Source: Candidatus Latescibacterota bacterium
Lineage (GTDB): Bacteria; Latescibacterota; UBA2968; UBA8231
Direction of reading: 5' to 3'
Length of the DNA: 64,000 nucleotides
Assembly (NCBI GenBank): GCA_965221775.1
Contig: CBDCSU010000004.1
Span: forward strand, 128,001 to 192,000
Shown here piece by piece: positions 1 through 8,559 of this stretch; within the stretch, counting starts at the first letter, position 1; each line of letters opens with the position of its first letter. Made by a program: the position numbers and the translations under genes. The notes under the pieces were generated by a model. It saw only the letters and a list, made by a program, of their open reading frames with translations. It made no database searches and was not told where the DNA came from.

Positions 1-412
1 AGGTCCTGCCCTCGTGCTGGTAACGCTCCAGGCTGCCGGGCAGGAAGGACTCGCGCCAGCTTCGGTCGCCCTCCCAGCTCGGCCCGTCGAGGTAGTCGTC
101 GAGGGGCAGGATCTCGCCGTTGCGGATCAGGGCCCAGTAGTTGAGGCCGGCGTTGCTGACCTCGGGGAAGGTCCCCTCGAGGATGCGCACCCGCACCTTG
201 TCGGCGATGCGCGGGTCGCCGTAGAGATCGACCTCGACGTCGGGGCGGACCTTCTCGTACTCGCGGGCGGCGTGGAAGAAGAAGCTCAGCCCCTCGCCGC
301 CCTCGAAGACGGGCACCTCGATGCGGGTGCGCTCCTCGGCGCCGGCGGGGGCCAGCAGGGCGAGGGGGAGCAGCCCCCTCAGCATCCGTCGGTAGATGGC
401 GCGCGCGGCCAC
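1..412 (-). CDS. Extracellular solute-binding protein (carbohydrate ABC-type), runs off the window edge
   Basis: Not in the ORF track. Translated by hand from GTG 412 or ATG 385: MLRGLLPLALLAPAGAEERTRIEVPVFEGGEG...YEKVRPDVEVDLYGDPRIADKVRVRILEGTFPEV...ILPLDDYLDG. This is a signal peptide plus an SBP_bac_1-like N-terminus, starting 3 nt after the Rieske stop. Confidence 0.7.
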   Translation of the reverse strand, partial: MAARAIYRRMLRGLLPLALLAPAGAEERTRIEVPVFEGGEGLSFFFHAAREYEKVRPDVEVDLYGDPRIADKVRVRILEGTFPEVSNAGLNYWALIRNGEILPLDDYLDGPSWEGDRSWRESFLPGSLERYQHEGRT

Positions 413-415
413 GGG

Positions 416-841
416 TCAGGGCAGCTCCACGACCACGTAGTGCTCGTCCACGGAGACCGGGTAGGTCTCGACCACGTACGGCCCTTTTCGCGGACCGGCC
501 ACCTCCTCTCCCGCCACCACCTCCACCTCGTAGCTGCGGGCGCGGGTGCGGCCCGGGTCCCACCAGGACTGGCCGGTGCGGATGTCGAACTCCCAGCCGT
601 GCCAGGGGCAGCGCAGGATCTCGCCCTTTCGCGTGTACGTGTAGTCCCCCGGCCCCCGCGACTGCAGGAAGCCGGTGAGCCGGCCCTTGCACAGGGGGCC
701 TCCCTGGTGGGCGCAGCGGTTGCGCAGGGCGAAGAACTCGCCCTCCAGGTTGAAGACGCCGATGGAGCGGCCCTCGACCTCCACCAGCTTGCGGCCCCCC
801 GGGGGGATCTCCGCCACCGTGCCGACCACGTGGCGCGCCAT
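416..841 (-). CDS. Rieske [2Fe-2S] ferredoxin
   Basis: CAH...CPWH Rieske ligand boxes (NRCAHQGGPL; RCPWHGWEF). Confidence 0.92.
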   Translation of the reverse strand: MARHVVGTVAEIPPGGRKLVEVEGRSIGVFNLEGEFFALRNRCAHQGGPLCKGRLTGFLQSRGPGDYTYTRKGEILRCPWHGWEFDIRTGQSWWDPGRTRARSYEVEVVAGEEVAGPRKGPYVVETYPVSVDEHYVVVELP

Positions 842-844
842 GCC

Positions 845-1945
845 TCAGTCCAGCCCGTAGAGACGGCGGGCGTTGCCGGACAGGATCGCCTTGCGCAGAT
901 CCCGGTCGAGGCGCGCCGGCAGGGCCTGCGCCGGCGAGTCGAAGTCCCAGTGCGGGTAGTCGGTGGCGAACATGAGGCGGCCGTCCATGTCCATCCATTC
1001 CAGCATCTGCTCGAAGTAGGCCGGATCGGGCGGTTCTTCCATGGGCTGGGTGGTGACCCAGAAGTGCTCGCGCACGTACTCCGAGGGCGGCCGCCGCAGA
1101 TGGCCCAGCTCGGCGCCCATGCGCTTCCAGCAGTGGTCGAGGCGCCACATGAGCGGCGCCAGCCACCCGAAGCCGCCCTCGATGAGGACCACCTTCAGGG
1201 TGGGGAAGCGCTCGAAGACGCCCTCGTACACGAGGCTGGCCACCTGGGGCTGGAAGGACTGGGGCATGCCGCCGTGGTCCTCCACGTAGTGGGAGGGCCA
1301 GCCGGCGCCGGTGATCGGCCCGCCCCCGGCGCCGCCGAAGTGGATGGCCACCGGCAGATCGTGGCGCGCGGCGGCCTCGTACATCTTCCAGTACTTGCGG
1401 TGGCCCAGGGGCTCGCGGGTGCGCACCAGCACCAGCAGCTGCAGGAAGCCGGGGTGGCCGCCCACGCGCTCGACCTCGGCCGCCGCCAGATCGCCGTCCT
1501 CGTAGGGCACCACGATGGAACCGCGCAGCCGCGGCTCCTTGTCGATCCACTCGGCCAGCTGCCAGTCGTTCATCGCCCGGGCGAGGGCGGCGCCGTACTC
1601 CAGGTTGACGTCCCCCCCGGCGCGGATGAGGGGGGTCAGGATGCCGTAGTCCATCTCCCACTCGTCGAGCAGCTGCATCCGCAGGAAGTCCAGGTCCGAG
1701 CCCGGCGGGCCTCCGGAGGGCGGCCAGGCGTCGTGTCGCGCCGCGTTCGGCGCGATCCGCGGGTACGCCGAGCCGACGTGGCCGCGCATGCCGATGGTGC
1801 GGTGGTGCTCGCGCCACTCCGGGGGCAGGAAGCGCTCCGTCGTTCCGTCCTCGGGCATGTACACGTGGATGTCGGTGTCGATGACGGCCAGCTTCCGCGG
1901 CCGCTCGGCCGCGGCGGACGTTGGTTCGACGAGCGTGGTGGTCAT
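845..1945 (-). CDS. Amidohydrolase_2 family TIM-barrel metalloprotein
   Basis: IDTDIH, AIHFGG, IEGGFGW and FATDYPHWDFD motifs. AAGGAGG RBS lies upstream of ATG 1945. Confidence 0.88.
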   Translation of the reverse strand: MTTTLVEPTSAAAERPRKLAVIDTDIHVYMPEDGTTERFLPPEWREHHRTIGMRGHVGSAYPRIAPNAARHDAWPPSGGPPGSDLDFLRMQLLDEWEMDYGILTPLIRAGGDVNLEYGAALARAMNDWQLAEWIDKEPRLRGSIVVPYEDGDLAAAEVERVGGHPGFLQLLVLVRTREPLGHRKYWKMYEAAARHDLPVAIHFGGAGGGPITGAGWPSHYVEDHGGMPQSFQPQVASLVYEGVFERFPTLKVVLIEGGFGWLAPLMWRLDHCWKRMGAELGHLRRPPSEYVREHFWVTTQPMEEPPDPAYFEQMLEWMDMDGRLMFATDYPHWDFDSPAQALPARLDRDLRKAILSGNARRLYGLD

Positions 1946-1959
1946 CCTCAATTCCTCCT

Positions 1960-3027
1960 TCACAGCCGGTAGAAGGCGCGGGCGTTCTCCGACCAGATCC
2001 TCCCCGTCAGGGCCTCGTCCAGGCGCACCGGCCAGGCCTCTTCGGGCGAATCGAACCACCCGTGGGGGTAGTCGGTGGCGAACATCAGCATCTCGTCCGA
2101 GTCCATCTGCCCGATGATCTGCCCCAGCGGCTCCGGGTCCGCGGGCGCGTCCCAGGGCTGCACGGTGAGGCGGATGTGCTCGCGCATGTACTCCGAGGGC
2201 GGGCGCCTCACCCACGGCGTGTCGCTGCGCAGCCCCTTCCACTCCTTGTCGAGGCGCCACATGAGCGACGGCATCCACGTGAAGCCGCTCTCCACGAGGG
2301 CGACGCGCAGCTCCGGGAAGCGGTCGAAGGCGCCGTCCATGATCAGGCTGTTCACCTGCGACTGGAAGAGGGCGGCCATGCCCGCGTACTCCTCGACGAA
2401 GCTCGTGGGCCACCCCGAAGGCGTCGAGGGGTGACCGGGGGCGCCGCCGTAGTGGACGGCCACCGCCAGGCCGTGGCGTACCGCCGCCGCGTAGATGGGG
2501 TCGTATCGCCGGTTTCCGTAGGGGACCAGGGAGCGCACCGGCAGGATCACCTGCACGAACCCGGGGACGCCGCCGACGCGGTCGATCTCGGCGGCGGCCA
2601 GCACCGGGTCCTGGGACGGCACCACCACCGAGGCGCGCAGCCTCGGCTCGGGTTCCAGCCACTCCTCGATCTGCCAGGTGTTGACCGCCGCTGCCAGGGC
2701 CGCCCCGAGGTCGGCGTTGTGAACCGAGGAGGCCTGGTAGTTGCAGGTCAGGATCCCGTGCTCCAGCTCCCAGGCGTCGAGGACGTGGCCGCGGACCTGC
2801 GCCAGGGTGGACCCCGGGGCCCCGCCTCCCTCGCCCCGGAAGTCGGACCGCGCCGTCAGCGGCAACCCCGGCGGATAGTCGGAAGCGTCGGGCCCGCGAA
2901 AGCCCGAGTGGGAGGTGTAGTCGACCCAGTGGTCGGGCAGGTGCGCCTGCAGGTTCTCGAGGGCGGGCTCGTTGTGGATGTCGCAGTCGATGAGGGGGCG
3001 GCCCCCGCGGTCGCCGAGGGTCCGCAT
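1960..3027 (-). CDS. Amidohydrolase_2 family protein, paralog of the adjacent gene
   Basis: IDCDIH, AVHYGG, VESGFTW and FATDYPHGW motifs. Confidence 0.88.
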   Translation of the reverse strand: MRTLGDRGGRPLIDCDIHNEPALENLQAHLPDHWVDYTSHSGFRGPDASDYPPGLPLTARSDFRGEGGGAPGSTLAQVRGHVLDAWELEHGILTCNYQASSVHNADLGAALAAAVNTWQIEEWLEPEPRLRASVVVPSQDPVLAAAEIDRVGGVPGFVQVILPVRSLVPYGNRRYDPIYAAAVRHGLAVAVHYGGAPGHPSTPSGWPTSFVEEYAGMAALFQSQVNSLIMDGAFDRFPELRVALVESGFTWMPSLMWRLDKEWKGLRSDTPWVRRPPSEYMREHIRLTVQPWDAPADPEPLGQIIGQMDSDEMLMFATDYPHGWFDSPEEAWPVRLDEALTGRIWSENARAFYRL

Positions 3028-3028
3028 C

Positions 3029-3781
3029 TCAGAAGCGCTCCAGCAGCAGGCCGGTGATGGCGTTGGGCCGCTGGTAGTAGCGGCGGACCGCCTCGTCGCC
3101 GTGCTCCCACAGCCGCCGCGGGAAGATGGTGTAGTTGCTGACGGGCGGCGCCGAGCGGCGGCCGCAGTAGACGTGGATGGTGCGCCGCTCCACCGGGCTG
3201 CGGCGGACGTTGCCGGCGTGGAACATGCCGGCGTTGAAGAGGATCGCCGTGCCCTTCTCCCCCTCGACGTGGTGGGCCGTGTCCAGGTCGTAGTGCTCCA
3301 GTGGCGGTAGCTCCTCGCCCTGGGCCGAGCCGGGGATGAGGCTGAAGGTGTGGGTGGTGGCGTCCACGTCGCTCAGGTAGTAGGCGACGGAGAGGTAGTG
3401 GGTGGAGAAGGGAGGCCGCGGTCCGAGATGGGGCCAGCCGCCGCCGTCGCGGTGCCAGTTGCAGTAGGGTTCGCCGTCGTGGGGCCGGCGGATGCGCACC
3501 GAGTGCTCCTCGGCGCACAGCTCGGGTCCGAGGATCGCCTCCAGCAGCGGCAGCAGGGACGGGGGCCGCATGGTGACGTCCATCTCCTCGTGGGCCAGCA
3601 GCATGTGCACGTTGAGGGTGACGTGGCCCTCCTCGCGCTCGATCCAGAACGGCGTGCCGGCAGCCAGGTCGCGGTCGATGGCGTCGTTGGCCGCTTCCAC
3701 CTGGCCGGAGTCCAGTGCGCCGGGCACCACGAGGTATCCCGTGCGGCGGTAGTCTTCGAGCTGTTCGTCGAGAGTGGTCAT
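3029..3781 (-). CDS. Phytanoyl-CoA dioxygenase (PhyH) family Fe(II)/2OG oxygenase
   Basis: YRRTGYLVVPGAL N-terminus, WHRD, IPGS, MFHAG. Start reassigned to MTTLDEQ. Confidence 0.85.
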   Translation of the reverse strand: MTTLDEQLEDYRRTGYLVVPGALDSGQVEAANDAIDRDLAAGTPFWIEREEGHVTLNVHMLLAHEEMDVTMRPPSLLPLLEAILGPELCAEEHSVRIRRPHDGEPYCNWHRDGGGWPHLGPRPPFSTHYLSVAYYLSDVDATTHTFSLIPGSAQGEELPPLEHYDLDTAHHVEGEKGTAILFNAGMFHAGNVRRSPVERRTIHVYCGRRSAPPVSNYTIFPRRLWEHGDEAVRRYYQRPNAITGLLLERF

Positions 3782-3840
3782 GGCCGCGGGGACGATAATC
3801 CCGGGGGGCCGCGGCCGTCCACAGGCGGCGCCGAGGGAGT

Positions 3841-4596
3841 TCAAGCGGTCCAGGGCTCCGGATCGGCGAAGAGGGTTCGAGCCTCCGGGCCCAGGCGGGC
3901 GGCCGCCTCCAGGCTCAGGGCGCTGGAGAACACCATGTGCGGGTCGTCGCGCCGGCAGAAGAAGCTGGTCAGGCTGTGGCGCGGCTCGCCGCTGTCGTTG
4001 CGGGTGGTGCCGTGCCACATGTGGCTGTTGATGACGATCACGGTGCCGGCCTCGCCGGGCACCAGCCTCTCCTCCGGGTGGGGGGCGGCTGGATCGTCCA
4101 GGACGTCGGGAGCCTGCTCTCGAAGATGGGTGCCGGGAATCACCCGCGTGGCGCCGTTGGCCTCGGTGAAATCGGAGAGCATCCAGATCGAGTTGGCGAC
4201 CGCGCAGCGCCCGGGCCGCGGCGGCGGGCCGTTGTAATCGACGTGGAGCTTCTGCTGCTCGGCCCCGGGGGGATGAGGACGGCCGTGGACGCCGAAGGAC
4301 TTGACGTGTCCGTCGAGGAGGTGGCAGACGGCGGCCAGCACCCGGGGGTGGGTGAAGCAGATGTCGAAGCCGGCGGCCTTGTTCTGCATGTAGCTGGACT
4401 CGGCGGGGCCGTCCGGGCAGCCCGTGCCTTCGCCGGCGTAGACCGCCTCCGCCGCGGCGATGAGCCCCGCGATCTGTTGAGCGTTCAGGATGCCGGGCAG
4501 CGGCAGGTACCCCTCCCGGTCGAGGTGCGCCTTCTCGTCCTCGGAGAGGGTGTCCGGCCGGACGCCCAGAGCCTCCAGGGCTTCGGGGAGCGTCAC
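3841..4596 (-). CDS. PhyH family dioxygenase
   Basis: LDREGYL, LHVD, NGATRVIPGTH, MWHGT. GTG start at 4596. Confidence 0.85.
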   Translation of the reverse strand: MTLPEALEALGVRPDTLSEDEKAHLDREGYLPLPGILNAQQIAGLIAAAEAVYAGEGTGCPDGPAESSYMQNKAAGFDICFTHPRVLAAVCHLLDGHVKSFGVHGRPHPPGAEQQKLHVDYNGPPPRPGRCAVANSIWMLSDFTEANGATRVIPGTHLREQAPDVLDDPAAPHPEERLVPGEAGTVIVINSHMWHGTTRNDSGEPRHSLTSFFCRRDDPHMVFSSALSLEAAARLGPEARTLFADPEPWTA

Positions 4597-4744
4597 CGGC
4601 CTGCGGTCCCGTCTTCGGCCGGGTCCTCGCTGCCATAGCCGGGCGCCTCCGGCGCCCGGGGCCGGGTGACGCGTCCTCCGCGGCTGGCCCGCGGCCCTCG
4701 GCGTGATCCAGGTGCGCCCGGCCCATCCACGGCTTCGGGCACGG

Positions 4745-5782
4745 TCACGGCCCCGTCGATCCGCCGCCAGCGGCTTGATCCGCCGCGGCGGCGCGCACGT
4801 CGTCCTCGGTGATCCGTCCCGTGCGGCCGGTGCCGCGGACCTTCCGCCAGTCGATGCCGAGCTGCTGCGCCAGGCGCCGGGCCCGGGGGCTGATGGCGGG
4901 GGCGGCGGACGGGGCTCCCCCGGGCGCATCGGATCCGGCTTCCGATGTCGGCGACTTCGCGCCCCCTGCAGGCTCGCCCCCGGCCGACGCCGGCGCGTTG
5001 CTCGCATCGGGCGCCGCCGCGCTCTCTGCCTGGCTCGCCGTAGGTGGACCGGCTTCCGGTGCCGATGGCCCCCTCGCGGATCCCGGTGAGGCGCTGCCTG
5101 GAGGGCTCGCCGCGGATGGCCCGGCTTCCGGTGCCGGCTGCCCGCCAGCGGATCCCGCTGACGCGGTGCCGGCCGGGCCCGGCGCGCTCGAGGCGGGTGG
5201 GGACGCCGCATCGGCATCGGACCCTGGAGGTGACGCGCTCCCAGCCGGGCTCCCCGCCGGTGCCGCGGCTTCCTCCCCCGGCCGGCCGGCGGCCCCCTTG
5301 GGCACGCCTCCGACGGCGGGTGGCGCGGGCGCCGCATCGGCACCGGATCCTGGCGGCGGCGCCGGTCCTGCTCCCGCCGGCGCCTCGCTCCCCGCGCCGG
5401 CCGCCGCGGCTGAGGCAGCCGCCTCCGACGCCGGGGCACTGGCGGCCCCTGGGCGCGCGCCCTCCGAGGACGCCGCGGGTGCCGCACCGGCCCCGGCCCC
5501 TGCGGCCGGCGCCTGCACCGAGGCCGGCGGTTCCTCTCCCTCGGCCAGCAGAAACCCCAGCACCGTGCCCACGGGCACCGTGGCCCCGGGGCCGGGGGCG
5601 TCCCCGGGGATGTGCAGCCGCCCGGCGTCGAAGGACTCGACCTCGTTGATCGCCTTGTCCGTCTCCACCGTGAGCAGGACCTCGCCGGCCTGCACCGCCT
5701 CGCCCGGCTTCTTCAGCCACTCCACGAGGGTGCCCTCCTCCATGGTCCAGCCGAGCCGGGGCATGACGATCTCGACGGCCAC
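4745..5782 (-). CDS. Lipoyl-domain / E3-binding-domain protein (E2-like, no acyltransferase catalytic domain)
   Basis: MPRLGWTMEEG...VETDKA lipoyl domain, then a long Ala/Pro/Ser/Gly linker, then the ISPRARRLAQQLGIDWRKVRGTGRTGRITEDDV PSBD, then a stop. Confidence 0.85.
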   Translation of the reverse strand: MAVEIVMPRLGWTMEEGTLVEWLKKPGEAVQAGEVLLTVETDKAINEVESFDAGRLHIPGDAPGPGATVPVGTVLGFLLAEGEEPPASVQAPAAGAGAGAAPAASSEGARPGAASAPASEAAASAAAAGAGSEAPAGAGPAPPPGSGADAAPAPPAVGGVPKGAAGRPGEEAAAPAGSPAGSASPPGSDADAASPPASSAPGPAGTASAGSAGGQPAPEAGPSAASPPGSASPGSARGPSAPEAGPPTASQAESAAAPDASNAPASAGGEPAGGAKSPTSEAGSDAPGGAPSAAPAISPRARRLAQQLGIDWRKVRGTGRTGRITEDDVRAAAADQAAGGGSTGP

Positions 5783-5784
5783 GA

Positions 5785-6768
5785 CTACTCCTCGGCCAGC
5801 CCGCGCACGGCGTCGGCCACGTGTTCGGCGGTGGGCGCCACCGCCGCCTCCAGGGGCGCGCTGTAGGGGGTCGGCGCGTGGGCGCCGTTGAGGCGGCGCA
5901 CCGGGGCGCCGAGATCGTCGAAGCCGTGCTCCATCACCCGGGCGGAGATCTCGGCGCCGACGCCGCAGGGGCCGAAGGACTCGTCGGCCACCAGCAGCTT
6001 CCCGGTCTTGCGCAGCGACGCCAGGATCGTCTCCAGGTCGAGGGGCGCCAGGGTGCGCGGGTCGATGACCTCCACCGAGATCCCCTCGCCGGCGAGGGTG
6101 TCGGCGGCCTGCAGGCTCCGGGGCACCATGGGGCCGATGGCGACGACGGTGATGTCCGTGCCCTCGCGGCAGATCCGCGCCTGGCCGAAGGGCACCTCGA
6201 AGTCGTCCTCGGGGACCTCGCCGCGCTGGCCGAGGAGGGACTTGTGCTCCAGGTAGATCACCGGGTCGTCGCCGCTGAGGGCGGAAGCCATCAGCCCCTT
6301 GGCGTCGTATGGTGAGGCGGGCACGGCCACCCGCAGGCCGGGGACGTTGACGAAGAGCGGGTAGTAGCTGCCCGAGTGATGGGTGGCGTGGCCGCCGCCG
6401 ATGCCGACGCAGCCGCGCAGGAGCACGGGCATCCGCAGGCGGCCTCCGGACATGTACTGGATCTTGGCGATCTGGTTGGTCAGCTCGCCGGCAGCGTCGA
6501 GGAGGAAGTCGACGAACATGAAGTCGACCACCGGCCGGGTGCCGGTCATGGCGGCGCCGGCGCACAGGCCGACGAAGCCGCGCTCGCAGATCGGCGTGTC
6601 CCGCAGGCGCCGGGGGCCGAAGCGGTCGTAGAGGCCGGTGGTGGTGTTGAAGTTGCCGCCGCGCTCGCCGATCCCCTCGCCGAGGACGAAGATCGTCGGG
6701 TCGCGCTCCATGGCCGCGGTCAGGGCCTCGCGGGCGGCCTCGGTGTAGGTGATCCGGCGGCCGGCCAT
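5785..6768 (-). CDS. 2-oxoacid/acetoin dehydrogenase E1 beta subunit
   Basis: DTPICERGF, YLEHK and EVIDPRTL motifs. TGATG coupling with the alpha gene. Confidence 0.92.
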   Translation of the reverse strand: MAGRRITYTEAAREALTAAMERDPTIFVLGEGIGERGGNFNTTTGLYDRFGPRRLRDTPICERGFVGLCAGAAMTGTRPVVDFMFVDFLLDAAGELTNQIAKIQYMSGGRLRMPVLLRGCVGIGGGHATHHSGSYYPLFVNVPGLRVAVPASPYDAKGLMASALSGDDPVIYLEHKSLLGQRGEVPEDDFEVPFGQARICREGTDITVVAIGPMVPRSLQAADTLAGEGISVEVIDPRTLAPLDLETILASLRKTGKLLVADESFGPCGVGAEISARVMEHGFDDLGAPVRRLNGAHAPTPYSAPLEAAVAPTAEHVADAVRGLAEE

Positions 6769-7739
6769 CAGGAGCCGCCTCCGTACACGTGGTCGCTCAC
6801 GGTGGCCGCGTCCGGCCAGGGGCTGGCCTCGGCGAAGGCGGCGGCCTCCGCGATCTCGGCGTCCACGTCGGCGGCGACCGCCTCCAGGTCGTCCGCCGAC
6901 GCCGCGGAGCCGTCCAGCAGGGCGTGCGCGAGCAGGGGAATGGGGTCCCGCTGCCGCCAGCGGTCGATCTCCTCCCGGGAGCGGTAGCCGCCGTCGCCCA
7001 TGCCCTCGGCGTGGGGCCGCGTGCGGTAGGTGCGGCACTCCAACAACGACGGGCCGCCGCCGGACCGGGCCCGCTCCACGGCCTTCCCGGCCGCCGCGTA
7101 CAAGGCCAGCGCGTCGTTGCCGTCGACGCACTCGCCCGGCATGCCGTAGCCGCCAGCGCGGCCGGCCACGTCGGTGTTGCGCGCCGCGTAGTCGAAGGCG
7201 ACCTCGGTGGCATACAGGTTGTTCTCGCAGACGAAGAGCACCGGCAGGTCCCAGATGGCGGCCAGGTTCAGCCCCTCGTGGAAGGCGCCGTTGCCCACGG
7301 CGCCGTCGCCGAAGAAGGCGACGCCCACCCGGTCGGTCTCCAAAAGCTGGAAGGAGTAGCCGGCGCCGGCGGCCTGGAGGATGCAGGGGCCGACGATGCC
7401 ACTGGTGCCCATCATCCCTATTTCCGGGGCGAAGAGGTGCATGCTGCCGCCGCGGCCCCCGGAGCAGCCCGTGGCCCGTCCGAAGAGCTCGGCCATCAGC
7501 GCCCGGGGCGGCACGCCCTTGGCCAGGGCGTGGCCGTGGCCGCGGTGGGTGCTGAAGACGGCGTCGTCGTGGCGCAGGTGGGCGCAGACCCCGGCGGCCA
7601 CCGCCTCCTGGCCGACGTAGGTGTGGCAGGCGCCGGTGATCCGGCCGGCGGCGTACGACCGCGCCAGCTGCTCCTCGCAGCGGCGGATGCGCAGCATCGT
7701 GCGGTAGAGGTCCAGCTGGGTGGCGGCGGAGGGGGTCAT
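6768..7739 (-). CDS. 2-oxoacid/acetoin dehydrogenase E1 alpha subunit (ThDP)
   Basis: STHRGHGH, GRGGSMH, and the GDGA...ENN ThDP motif. Confidence 0.93.
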   Translation of the reverse strand: MTPSAATQLDLYRTMLRIRRCEEQLARSYAAGRITGACHTYVGQEAVAAGVCAHLRHDDAVFSTHRGHGHALAKGVPPRALMAELFGRATGCSGGRGGSMHLFAPEIGMMGTSGIVGPCILQAAGAGYSFQLLETDRVGVAFFGDGAVGNGAFHEGLNLAAIWDLPVLFVCENNLYATEVAFDYAARNTDVAGRAGGYGMPGECVDGNDALALYAAAGKAVERARSGGGPSLLECRTYRTRPHAEGMGDGGYRSREEIDRWRQRDPIPLLAHALLDGSAASADDLEAVAADVDAEIAEAAAFAEASPWPDAATVSDHVYGGGS

Positions 7740-7743
7740 GCGC

Positions 7744-8559
7744 TCATCCCGTGATCCCCGGCCCCCCGGGGTAGGAAGCGCCGGCGTTCATGGCGAGGTT
7801 GCCGCCGTCCACGGGCAGCAGCACCCCGGTGACCCAGCGCGACGCATCCGAGGCCAGGAAGACGGCGGCCCCCTTCACGTCGTCCGGTTGGCCCAGGCGG
7901 CCCCGGGCCAGGCCCCGCAGCCACTGCTCCTCCATGCGCGGGTCCCGCTCGATGCGCTCCCGCAGGTTGGGGTTGAGGATCTGCGCCAGGAGGATGGCGT
8001 TGACGCGCACCCCGCGGCTGGCCCACTCGGTGCTCAGCTCGCGGGTCATCTGGGCGACGCCGCCCATGGCGGTGCTGTAGGCCATGTGGCCTCGCCCCAT
8101 GGCGGTCAGGCTCGCCAGGGAGCCGATGTTGATGATGCTGCCGCCGCCGGCGGCGAGCATGCGGCGCCCCGCCTCCTGGCAGCTGCAGAACCGCCCCACC
8201 ACCAGCCCCTGGAGCGACTCCTTGACGCTGTCGAGGTCGAGCTGCTCCGGCGGCCCGAGGACGATCTCGCCGCCGGCGACGTTGGCGAGGGCGTCGATGC
8301 GGCCGAACTCGCGGTCGAGGCGCTCGAACATGGGCCGGACCTGCTCCGGGTCGGAGACGTCGCAGCGCACCGGCACGGCGCGCCGGCCCAGGGCCTCGAT
8401 GTTGGCGGCGGTGGCCTCGGCGCCGGACCCGTCGAGGTCGGCCAGCATCAGGTCGGCGCCGGCCTCGGCCAGGGCCAGGCTGATGGCGCGGCCCACGCCC
8501 CGGGCGGCGCCCGAGACCAGGGCCACGCGCCCGCTCATATCGAACAGGGAGTTGGTCAT
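7744..8559 (-). CDS. Short-chain dehydrogenase/reductase (YxxxK reads YSTAM)
   Basis: SGAARGVG, INIGS, VRVNAI and VDGG motifs. Confidence 0.88.
   Translation of the reverse strand: MTNSLFDMSGRVALVSGAARGVGRAISLALAEAGADLMLADLDGSGAEATAANIEALGRRAVPVRCDVSDPEQVRPMFERLDREFGRIDALANVAGGEIVLGPPEQLDLDSVKESLQGLVVGRFCSCQEAGRRMLAAGGGSIINIGSLASLTAMGRGHMAYSTAMGGVAQMTRELSTEWASRGVRVNAILLAQILNPNLRERIERDPRMEEQWLRGLARGRLGQPDDVKGAAVFLASDASRWVTGVLLPVDGGNLAMNAGASYPGGPGITG

Noticed and set aside
14-1972. 652-aa plus-strand ORF and many similar long antisense ORFs (e.g. 28555-31098, 44669-47476, 60785-63292)
   Set aside because: Shadow frames opposite well-supported genes. Stop-poor because of high GC3, with no motifs.
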